Under the pieces are notes generated by a model. The model did not search any database and was not told where the DNA came from. It saw only the letters and a program-made list of their open reading frames with translations. DNA of 64,000 nucleotides, taken from Candidatus Acidiferrales bacterium. GTDB lineage: Bacteria > Acidobacteriota > Terriglobia > Terriglobales > Acidobacteriaceae. Both the position numbers and the translations under genes were made by a program. This document shows, piece after piece, positions 18,111 through 26,317 of the stretch. The stretch is taken from contig DATJOA010000057.1 of the NCBI GenBank assembly GCA_035507635.1, positions 40,372 to 104,371 on the forward strand. The letters run 5' to 3'. Position 1 is the stretch's first letter. Each line of letters opens with the position of its first letter.

Positions 18111-18168
18111 GGTCCCTCCACTCCGACTGCCATTCCCTTTGGGAACGGCAAGCTACGGTCGGGATGAC
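18111..18168 (-). repeat. REP-like GC-rich intergenic repeat, copy 3 (longest)
   Basis: The rc reads GTCATCCCGACCGTAGCTTGCCGTTCCCAAAGGGAATGGCAGTCGGAGTGGAGGGACC. It has nested stems CCGAC/GTCGG and GCCaTTCCC/GGGAAcGGC. Confidence 0.6.
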
Positions 18169-18223
18169 AATGTAAAAATGCACGGTCGCGACCTTCTGTT
18201 ACCATCAACCTTAATCTTCACGC

Positions 18224-19015
18224 ATGCGCATTCTGTTTATTGGTGACATCTTTGGACGGCCTGGACGCAACATCGTCAAGGATCGCCTGCCGGGCATTGT
18301 TCGCGATCGCGGGATCGACCTGATCATCGCGAATGGGGAGAATTCCGCCGCGGGATTCGGCATTACTCCGGCGCTCGCCGAAGAATTATTCGAGCTCAAC
18401 ATCGACGTCATTACGACCGGAAATCACGTCTGGGATAAGCGCGAGATCGTCGATTATTTCCAGATGGTCGAGGGGAACGGACACGGTCCGGCGCGGCGCG
18501 TGTTGCGTCCTGCGAACTATCCCGCGGACATGCCGGGATCGGGCGTTTATCAGGGATTCAAGGGCAAGGTTCCCTATGCGGTGATCAATCTGCAGGGGCG
18601 GGTCTTCATGGCCTCCAATGATGATCCGTTCCGCACGGCGGATCAGTTGCTCCAGAAGGTCCAGGCCAAGGTAATAGTCGTCGACATGCATGCCGAGGCG
18701 ACATCGGAAAAAATCTCTCTCGGGTGGTATCTGGATGGACGCGTCACTGCTGTGCTCGGCACGCATACGCACGTTCCGACGGCCGATGAGCGCGTGCTGC
18801 CCAATGGGACGGCGTACATTACAGACGTGGGGATGAGCGGGCCGTACGACGGCGTGATCGGAGTCAGAAAAGAGCTGGTGGTCGGCAAATTTCTTAACGG
18901 CATGCCCGTGCGCTTTGAGCCTGCGACCGGGGATGTTCGGCTTTGCGCTGTGGTAATCGATTGCGATGAGAATACGGGCCGGGCGCAGAAGATTGAGCGG
19001 CTAATGCTGTCTTAG
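18224..19015 (+). CDS. ymdB: YmdB-like (TIGR00282) metallophosphoesterase
   Basis: MRILFIGDIFGRPGR N-terminus, GENSAAGFG, and TGNHVWD. Confidence 0.88.
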   Translation: MRILFIGDIFGRPGRNIVKDRLPGIVRDRGIDLIIANGENSAAGFGITPALAEELFELNIDVITTGNHVWDKREIVDYFQMVEGNGHGPARRVLRPANYPADMPGSGVYQGFKGKVPYAVINLQGRVFMASNDDPFRTADQLLQKVQAKVIVVDMHAEATSEKISLGWYLDGRVTAVLGTHTHVPTADERVLPNGTAYITDVGMSGPYDGVIGVRKELVVGKFLNGMPVRFEPATGDVRLCAVVIDCDENTGRAQKIERLMLS

Positions 19016-19042
19016 AACCCTCTTCTCCCGGCGTAGAGACCT

Positions 19043-19068
19043 AGTAATCCACGTCTCTATGAGATCTG
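19043..19068 (+). terminator. hairpin downstream of ymdB
   Basis: TAGAGAC-12 nt-GTCTCTA. The 7-bp stem starts 28 nt after the stop. There is no U-tract. Confidence 0.25.
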
Positions 19069-19181
19069 CAAGACTCACCAATTTCAGCGTTCTTCTGGTG
19101 CATCTCTTAGGAGTGAATCCGAAGGTACCAGGCCCTAGTGGTTGATTCAAGGGAGCCCTGAAGCCTTTAGAATCGGAAGCG

Positions 19182-21047
19182 ATGGGGAGCAAGTCGAGGA
19201 TCTGTGCAGCGGTGTGTGTAGCGGCCATGCTGGCCTTGTGCACAATTGCGCGCGCGGAGGATGCCGCATCGGCTCCTCCAATTCGGTGCGACAACGGGTT
19301 GGTCGGCGGCGTCAACTGCACCCCAAGCGCAAAAGATCTTAAGGAAGCCCATGCTGCCTACAAACGGGGAAAAAAGCTCATCGAAATCCAGCGATTGGAG
19401 GATGCGCTGGCGCAGTTCGAGGATGCAGCAAAGCTGGATCCGTTGAGTATCGAATTTCTGCGCGCTCGCGAGGTAGTCAAGGCGCAGCTCGTTTTCGACC
19501 ACATTCAGAACGGAAATGCGCTGATGGCCGAAGACGCCCGGCTGCGAGCGGCGAGTGAATTCCGCGCCGCGCTCGATCTCGATCCAGAAAACCAGTTTGC
19601 CCAGCAACGCTTTGCCGATGCCACACGGCAGGCCGATTTGCCGTCGACGCCCGCGGCTCCTTCATGGCGCCTCACGGAATCGGTAGAACTTCATCTCGCG
19701 CCGGCGAACAGTGTTGCCACGTTTCATTTCTCGGGCGATGTGAAATCGTTGTTCACCGAACTCGGCGCCGCCTATGACATTAAGGTTCAGTTCGACGATT
19801 CGGTGCAGCAGCGAACAGTGACCTTCAACATCGAGAACGTCGACTTCTTCACCGCCCTTCGCCTGGCCTGTCAGGTCAGCAAGACCATGTGGACGCCACT
19901 CGACGCGCACCAGATGATGATCGCTGCCGACACTCCGGCGAATCATCGCGAATACGATCGCATGTCGCTGCGGACGTTTATGTTGCCCGCGTATTCGACG
20001 CCGCAGGAAACGTCCGAAGTGGTGACCATCCTGCGGAATATGTTCGACCTGCGCTTTATCACGTCGGGCCTGTCAAACAACACGGTTGAATTGCGCGGAC
20101 CGCCTTATGCGCTTGACGCTTGCGCGAAGCTGCTTCAGCAACTGGATGAGGCCAAGCCGCAGGTTATGCTCGATATCCGCGTATTCCAGATCAGCCATCA
20201 GTTGACGCGCAATATCGGGCTGCATATTCCCAACACATTCAACCTGTACAACATCCCCGCGGCGGCCTTGGCGGGACTGGCGGGGCAGAATATTCAGCAG
20301 CTCATCAATCAGCTGATTGCTTCTGGCGGCATCAATCAAGCGGGCAGCACCGGGCTCGCCGGCTTGCTATCGCAGCTGACCGGCCAGCAGAATTCGATTT
20401 TTAGCCAGCCGCTGGCGACGTTCGGCGGCGGGCTCACGTTCAGCGGAGTCAGCCTTGATGAGCTGGCCGCGGCGCTTTCGGTGAACGAATCCTGGGCTCG
20501 AAGCCTGGATGACATGACTTTGCGGGCGGCTCAGGGAAATGAAGCCTCGTTTCATCTGGGCGAGCGCTATCCGATTCTAAACGCCAGCTACGCGCCGATT
20601 TACAACTCGCCGCAGATTTCGCAGGTCCTGGGAAATCAAACCTATGTTCCCCCATTTCCGTCGGTCAGCTACGAAGATATAGGGCTAAGCATCAAAACGA
20701 AGCCGATTATTCATGGCGACGGATCGGTCACGTTGCAACTCGAAATGCAGGTGCGGTCGCTGACGGGACAATCGAACAATGGCGTGCCGATTATCTCGAA
20801 CCGGGAATTTAAAGGAGACGTTACGCTGACAGATGGAGAGCCGGCGTTTATCGCCGGAGAGATTTCTCGCAGCGACACGATCTCGATGAGCGGAATTCCA
20901 GGACTGGGGATGATTCCGGCGTTGAATATGGCAATGGTCACCAATACCAAACAAGAACAGGACGACGAACTGATGGTCGCCATCACTCCGCACGTGGTTT
21001 TGAACTTTCAACGAAAAACGCCGGAGATTTGGGTTTCGGAACGGTAG
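19182..21047 (+). CDS. secretin-family outer-membrane protein with TPR-like N-terminal region (orphan)
   Basis: Signal peptide. The C-terminal secretin signature is ISMSGIPGLGMIPALNMAMVTNTKQEQDDELMVAITPHVV. There are no T2SS or T4P partner genes on either side. Confidence 0.8.
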   Translation: MGSKSRICAAVCVAAMLALCTIARAEDAASAPPIRCDNGLVGGVNCTPSAKDLKEAHAAYKRGKKLIEIQRLEDALAQFEDAAKLDPLSIEFLRAREVVKAQLVFDHIQNGNALMAEDARLRAASEFRAALDLDPENQFAQQRFADATRQADLPSTPAAPSWRLTESVELHLAPANSVATFHFSGDVKSLFTELGAAYDIKVQFDDSVQQRTVTFNIENVDFFTALRLACQVSKTMWTPLDAHQMMIAADTPANHREYDRMSLRTFMLPAYSTPQETSEVVTILRNMFDLRFITSGLSNNTVELRGPPYALDACAKLLQQLDEAKPQVMLDIRVFQISHQLTRNIGLHIPNTFNLYNIPAAALAGLAGQNIQQLINQLIASGGINQAGSTGLAGLLSQLTGQQNSIFSQPLATFGGGLTFSGVSLDELAAALSVNESWARSLDDMTLRAAQGNEASFHLGERYPILNASYAPIYNSPQISQVLGNQTYVPPFPSVSYEDIGLSIKTKPIIHGDGSVTLQLEMQVRSLTGQSNNGVPIISNREFKGDVTLTDGEPAFIAGEISRSDTISMSGIPGLGMIPALNMAMVTNTKQEQDDELMVAITPHVVLNFQRKTPEIWVSER

Positions 21048-21100
21048 GAACACGTCCGCAGTTCACAGAAAAATATAGTAGCTATCGTATGCGTGCTGCG

Positions 21101-21141
21101 GCGGAGCTTCCGCTCCGCTGGAGAGCCGAAGGCGGCTGTCC
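21101..21141. repeat. two adjacent perfect or near-perfect GC hairpins between convergent genes
   Basis: GCGGAGC-ttcc-GCTCCGC (21101-21118), followed immediately by GGAGAGCCG-aagg-CGGCTGTCC (21120-21141, 1 mismatch). Confidence 0.6.
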
Positions 21142-21219
21142 CCACACAACCAGAGATATATCACTCCGCGTTGCCTTCCCGCTTTGTGTAACGAAACACT
21201 CCGGTCGAGGTGCCCTTGA

Positions 21220-22134
21220 TTACGGATTCTTTTCCGCGAACTCTACGAGCTTCTTATAGATCTCGAGTAGCTCCGGCTGGAAGTTGGAAATCGGGCGGCC
21301 GTTGATGAACAGCGTTGGCGTGCCAGTTACTCCAACGGATTTGCCGAGTGCAATCGACGCGTCCACATGCGCTTTCGTTTCGGGCTTCGCGACGCAGGCA
21401 GCGATCTCAGGTCCCTTCAGACCGGCGTCCACGGCAATCGCCGTCAGTTTCTCATCGGCATTTTCGGCCGTGATGTCGGGCTGTGTTTCATAGACTTTTG
21501 AGATGAATTTCCAGAAAGCCTCGCTGGAAGCGCGGCCGACGCAATCGCTGTAGAGTGCGCCTTTCATCGCCCAGTTGTGCATCTCCAGCGGAAAGTTCTG
21601 GAAGACGAATCGTGCCTGCGGTTCGGCGGCGACAAGCTTCTCGATTGGATCCTGAGCCCGTTTGCAGGCAGGACATTGCAGATCGCCGAATTCAACGATC
21701 AGCACAGGTGAATCTTTCGGTCCGCGCGCGGGACCGGTAATTTCCTTCTCCAGGATCTTATTGACGGGGTCGAACGGACGCGGCCCGAAAGGAATAATGT
21801 CGCCAACCAGAGCGTGCTTGCCGTCGGCTCCGACAAAGAAATGCGCCACCTGCTGGCCCTGCGGGCTGGCGAGGATAACAACGACTTCTGACAATCCCGA
21901 AATCAATGAGGGCTTAATGCTGGAAATCTTCCATGTCATCTCGGGCTCATAGCCAAATTGCTGGTGCAGAAACGAGTCCACGGTTGTTTCCGAAGGAAGA
22001 TCATCGGCCGGAGCAGAGGCGGTCTTCCGCTCCGCGCTCGCGGGCTTAGCCGCGTGGGTTTGAGCCCCAGCAATCGTAGATGCTACGAAGACCACACAAA
22101 TCAGGTTGAGGAGACGCATAGCTTCCTTTCGCAT
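21220..22134 (-). CDS. DsbA-family thiol:disulfide oxidoreductase (secreted)
   Basis: Signal peptide and CxxC in FGDLQCPACKRA. The thioredoxin/DsbA-like C-terminal region includes GVTGTPTLFING. Confidence 0.8.
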   Translation of the reverse strand: MRKEAMRLLNLICVVFVASTIAGAQTHAAKPASAERKTASAPADDLPSETTVDSFLHQQFGYEPEMTWKISSIKPSLISGLSEVVVILASPQGQQVAHFFVGADGKHALVGDIIPFGPRPFDPVNKILEKEITGPARGPKDSPVLIVEFGDLQCPACKRAQDPIEKLVAAEPQARFVFQNFPLEMHNWAMKGALYSDCVGRASSEAFWKFISKVYETQPDITAENADEKLTAIAVDAGLKGPEIAACVAKPETKAHVDASIALGKSVGVTGTPTLFINGRPISNFQPELLEIYKKLVEFAEKNP

Positions 22135-22203
22135 TGCTGTACTGACACGACTGGAAAAGCAACTTTAGGATCGCGTACTAACAGGATACATAAAAAGCGC
22201 GAA

Positions 22204-23841
22204 TCACACAGACTTCGCCGCGATAGGAAAACGCCGCCCGTAACCGAACGCTTTGGGCGAAATCTTGAGCCCAGGAGCAGCCTGCTGACGCTTGTATTCG
22301 GTGCGGTCGATCATGCGGGCCACGCGGCGGACAATGTCGATGTCGATTTTTCGATCGGCGGCAATCTGCTCGATGGAATGCGAATCTTCGACGTAGTCTT
22401 CAAGGACAGCATCGAGCACTTCATACGGCGGCAGCGAATCACTGTCTTTCTGGTTCGGGCGCAACTCGGCCGAAGGCGGCTTTTCCAGCGTGTTCTGAGG
22501 GATGACCGGAAGGCGCGAATTCACATACTCGCTGAGCCGGTAGACCAGCGTCTTCGGAACGTCGGAGATCACGGCGAGACCTCCAGCCATATCGCCATAT
22601 AAAGTGCAGTAGCCGACCCCGAGTTCGCTTTTGTTGCCCGTCGAGAGCACGATCGCACCAAACTTGTTGGATAGCGCCATGAGCAACATGCCACGCGCGC
22701 GGGACTGCAAATTCTCTTCCGTGACATCCTCCTTTGTCCCGGCGAATACGCTCTTCAGCATTTCGCGATAGGCTTCGTATGCAGGATTAATGGAGATCAG
22801 TTCGAAGCGGATTCCCAGATTCTGGGCCAGTGCGCGCGCGTCATCGATCGATCCTTGCGAAGAATAGGGTCCCGGCATGCCCACGCCGATGACGTTCTCC
22901 GGGCCGACTGCATCCTTTGCAATCACGGCGGTGAGGGCGGAATCGATTCCGCCGCTGAGCCCGATGATCGCCTTCTGGAAGCCGCACTTGTGCATGTAGT
23001 CACGCGTTCCAAGAACGAGCGCGGAGTAGGCACTGGCTTCCTCGCCTGGAATCTGGTCGTGCATCTCGCCCGTCAGCGTTTGCGAGTCGAAGAAAACAAG
23101 ATCTTCTTCGAACGACTTCCCCTGCGCGATCACGTTGCCCTCGCGATTCAGGACCAGGCTGGAGCCGTCGAAGACAAGACTGTCGTTGCCTCCGACCTGG
23201 TTGACCAAGACTACAGGAACTTTGTGCTGGCGCGCGATCGAGGCCAGCATGTCGCGGCGAAGTTCACGCTTGCCGATCCAGAAGGGCGAGGCGGAAATGT
23301 TGAGGACGAAATTGCCTCCGGCCTGGATAAGGGAGTCCACCGGATCGACGGTGTAAAGGCGGCGTGACCAGAATTGCTTGTCATTCCACGCGTCTTCGCA
23401 AATGGTGAGGGCCATGCGGTTGCCGCAAAAGGGAAACAATTGTTGGCTTTTGGCGGGAGCGAAGTTGCGCATCTCGTCGAAGACGTCGTAGGTCGGCAGC
23501 AACATCTTGGATTGAATGAAGGCGACCTTGCCATCCATTAGCAGAGCCGCCGAATTCATGACGTTCTTGCCGGTGTCGGAATCGGCTGGAGTTACGAGGC
23601 CGCAGATCACAGCGATACCCCCGGTTTCCGCGGCAATGCGCTCGACGGACTCACGATTGTGCTTGACGAAGGACGGACGCTCGACCAGATCGCGAGGCGG
23701 ATATCCACAGACCGACAGCTCGGGGAACAGAATCAGTCCGGCGCCCTCGGCCTTCGCTCGGCGGGAGAATTCGATGATTTTCGCAGCGTTGCCCGCGAAG
23801 TCTCCGACCGTCGGATTGATCTGCCCCAGGGCAATTTTCAT
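22204..23841 (-). CDS. nadE: glutamine-dependent NAD+ synthetase
   Basis: N-terminal nitrilase (CN-hydrolase) domain (MKIALGQINPTVGDF, ELSVCGYPP) plus an NAD synthase domain with the PP-loop GLSGGIDSA. Confidence 0.93.
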   Translation of the reverse strand: MKIALGQINPTVGDFAGNAAKIIEFSRRAKAEGAGLILFPELSVCGYPPRDLVERPSFVKHNRESVERIAAETGGIAVICGLVTPADSDTGKNVMNSAALLMDGKVAFIQSKMLLPTYDVFDEMRNFAPAKSQQLFPFCGNRMALTICEDAWNDKQFWSRRLYTVDPVDSLIQAGGNFVLNISASPFWIGKRELRRDMLASIARQHKVPVVLVNQVGGNDSLVFDGSSLVLNREGNVIAQGKSFEEDLVFFDSQTLTGEMHDQIPGEEASAYSALVLGTRDYMHKCGFQKAIIGLSGGIDSALTAVIAKDAVGPENVIGVGMPGPYSSQGSIDDARALAQNLGIRFELISINPAYEAYREMLKSVFAGTKEDVTEENLQSRARGMLLMALSNKFGAIVLSTGNKSELGVGYCTLYGDMAGGLAVISDVPKTLVYRLSEYVNSRLPVIPQNTLEKPPSAELRPNQKDSDSLPPYEVLDAVLEDYVEDSHSIEQIAADRKIDIDIVRRVARMIDRTEYKRQQAAPGLKISPKAFGYGRRFPIAAKSV

Positions 23842-23982
23842 GCATCAAGTGTAAAGCGCGAGTCGACCTGTTGCACAGAACTCACCGGGCTCGCGGTCTG
23901 TTACGCCAGCGGGCCAATAATCCTTCGGACCAATATTGACCTGCTACAATATCGATTTTGCGTCAACCGGAGGCTACGAATC

Positions 23983-26202
23983 ATGCGCCAGCGTACGCCG
24001 GCACTTTTTAGTTTCGTCTTTCTGTTTCTTGCGACATCCCTCTCGCTCATTTCTTCCGCCGCAGCACAATCCAGTGAATCGCATGCGTGGATGAACACCA
24101 GCCTGTCCCCTGACGAGCGCGCATCGCTGGTAGTGAAGGAGATGACGCTGGACGAAAAGATATCGATGCTCCACGGCACGGGCATGGCGGGACTGGGCCC
24201 CGTGAGTCCGCTGGCTGTCGGTTCAGATGGTGGGGCGGGATATGTTCCGGCGATTCCGCGGCTGGGGATTCCTGCGATCCAGATGTCAGACGCCGCGTAC
24301 GGCGTGCGGATGAGCGGCGAAAACGGACGCTATTCCACCGCTTTGCCTTCGGACATCGCGGGCGCGGCGACGTGGGATCTGGATGGCGCCTACGCCTATG
24401 GCGCTCTAATCGGGCGCGAGCTGCGAGCACAGGGGTACAACATGTCCCTGGGCGGAGGCGTGAACCTGACGCGTGAACCGCGCGATGGCAGGACATTCGA
24501 ATATATGGGCGAGGATCCTGTCCTGGCCGGAACCATGGTCGCATCCGTCATGAAGGGTGAACAGGCGCAGCATGTAATCGGGGACATCAAGCATTACGCG
24601 CTCAACGACCAGGAGAGCGGGCGCAATTCGGTCAATGTGAATATCGACGAGCGCGCGGCCCGGGAAAGCGATCTGCTGGCATTTGAAATTGGTGTGGAGA
24701 GAGCCGATCCGGCGGCGGTGATGTGCTCCTATAACCGCGTGAATGGCGATTACGCGTGCGAGAACACGTATCTGCTGACCGATGTGCTGAAGAAAGATTG
24801 GAACTACAAGGGATTCGTCATATCCGATTGGGGAGCGACGCACAGTTCGGCCAAGGCATCCGCGGCCGGACTGGATCATGAGGAACCGGGCTGGCATTTC
24901 TACGGCGATGAATTAAAGAACGACGTGCAGTCGGGCAAGGTGCCGCAGTCGGAGATCGACGATCATGTCCATCGGATTCTTCGCTCGATGTTTGCGACGG
25001 GCGTGATTGACGATCCGCCGCAGAAGAGCGTCGTCGATGTCAGGGGCGGATTCGAAGTGGCTCGCAAAATCGAGGAAGAAGGGGTCGTGCTGCTGAAGAA
25101 TGCCGATGGGCAACTTCCTCTCGACGCGTCGAAAGTCCATAGCATTGCGGTGATTGGGCCGCATGCGGACGTGGGCATGATTTCGGGTGGAGGCTCCGCG
25201 CAAGTGGATCCTCCGGGCGGAAATGCGATTATGCCGCCGGGAAAGGGCGCGACGCGATGGATGCAGCCGGTCTGGTTTCCTACGTCTCCGCTCAAGTCTG
25301 TTCGGAAGAGAGCCGAGGGCGCGAATGTGCAGTTTGACTCGGGCGCAGATCCGGAATCCGCAGCCAGGCTGGCGAAGAACTCCGATGTGGCGATCATCTT
25401 CGCGTATCAGTGGGAAAGCGAGAGCATGGATCTGCCCGATCTTTCGCTGCCGGAGCATCAGGATGATTTGATCGAGAAAGTCGCGGCGGCGAATCCACAC
25501 ACCGTAGTTGTGGTGGAATCTGGTGGGCCGGTGACCATGCCTTGGGTCGACAAAGTCCCCGCGATTCTGGAGGTGTGGTATGCAGGCAGCAGTGGATCGG
25601 ATGCCGTCGCGAATGTTCTATTCGGTGTCGTGAATCCCGGCGGGAAGTTGCCAGTGACATTTCCGCGAAGCATCGAGGACTTGCCGCATCCGACGATTGT
25701 GCAGCCTCCACCGGAATCCAGAGGAAGCCGCGGGCATCACAACCCGGCTGGACTTCCGCCGTTCCAGGTTACTTACAATGAAGGCGTCAAAGTTGGATAC
25801 AAGTGGTATGACGCCGAGAACAAGCCGGTCCTCTTCCCATTCGGCTTCGGGCTTTCTTATACGACCTATTCGTATTCGAATCTGCACGTCACGCCAGGAA
25901 CGACTCCGCATATTTCCTTCACGGTCACGAACACCGGGAACCGTCCGGGAGCTGAGATCGCCGAAGTCTATGCTTCCCTACCCACGTCGGCGTCCGAACC
26001 TCCGAAGCGGCTGGTGGGATGGAACAAGGTCCTGCTGAAGCCCGGTGAAAGCAAAGAGGTCACGGTCGAGGTGAACCCGAAGTATCTCTCGATCTTCAAC
26101 GTGAAGCAGAATGGCTGGGAGTTGATTCCGGGCGAATACGGCTTTATGGTGGGGGGCTCCTCGCAGAACTTGCCGCTGAAACAGACTGTAGTTCTGAAGT
26201 GA
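23983..26202 (+). CDS. secreted GH3 beta-glucosidase (BglX-like)
   Basis: GGAGG at 23969-23973 lies 9 nt before ATG 23983, followed by a signal peptide. The longest ORF (from 23659) would overlap nadE. KHYALNDQE and the nucleophile region GFVISDWGA are present. Confidence 0.9.
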   Translation: MRQRTPALFSFVFLFLATSLSLISSAAAQSSESHAWMNTSLSPDERASLVVKEMTLDEKISMLHGTGMAGLGPVSPLAVGSDGGAGYVPAIPRLGIPAIQMSDAAYGVRMSGENGRYSTALPSDIAGAATWDLDGAYAYGALIGRELRAQGYNMSLGGGVNLTREPRDGRTFEYMGEDPVLAGTMVASVMKGEQAQHVIGDIKHYALNDQESGRNSVNVNIDERAARESDLLAFEIGVERADPAAVMCSYNRVNGDYACENTYLLTDVLKKDWNYKGFVISDWGATHSSAKASAAGLDHEEPGWHFYGDELKNDVQSGKVPQSEIDDHVHRILRSMFATGVIDDPPQKSVVDVRGGFEVARKIEEEGVVLLKNADGQLPLDASKVHSIAVIGPHADVGMISGGGSAQVDPPGGNAIMPPGKGATRWMQPVWFPTSPLKSVRKRAEGANVQFDSGADPESAARLAKNSDVAIIFAYQWESESMDLPDLSLPEHQDDLIEKVAAANPHTVVVVESGGPVTMPWVDKVPAILEVWYAGSSGSDAVANVLFGVVNPGGKLPVTFPRSIEDLPHPTIVQPPPESRGSRGHHNPAGLPPFQVTYNEGVKVGYKWYDAENKPVLFPFGFGLSYTTYSYSNLHVTPGTTPHISFTVTNTGNRPGAEIAEVYASLPTSASEPPKRLVGWNKVLLKPGESKEVTVEVNPKYLSIFNVKQNGWELIPGEYGFMVGGSSQNLPLKQTVVLK

Positions 26203-26317
26203 GTGCAGCCTGAAGGCGAGACAATGTCGACTCGGAACAAACGGTCTCTCGCCGCGTAGTCTACCGCTTCGCGGAAGCCAACGCTCAGGTCGAGATGATA
26301 ACGCCGCGCCGAAGGCG

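Noticed and set aside
23659-23982. Long N-terminal extensions in the ORF track: bglX from 23659, anmK from 15107, the SBP from 16269, cpaC from 49806, flp from 48699, pstB to 30844, galT to 11315, and the oxidoreductase from 2502.
   Set aside because: The extensions overlap the neighbouring gene or lack an RBS. Internal ATGs with a Shine-Dalgarno sequence, a signal peptide or a family-typical N-terminus fit better.
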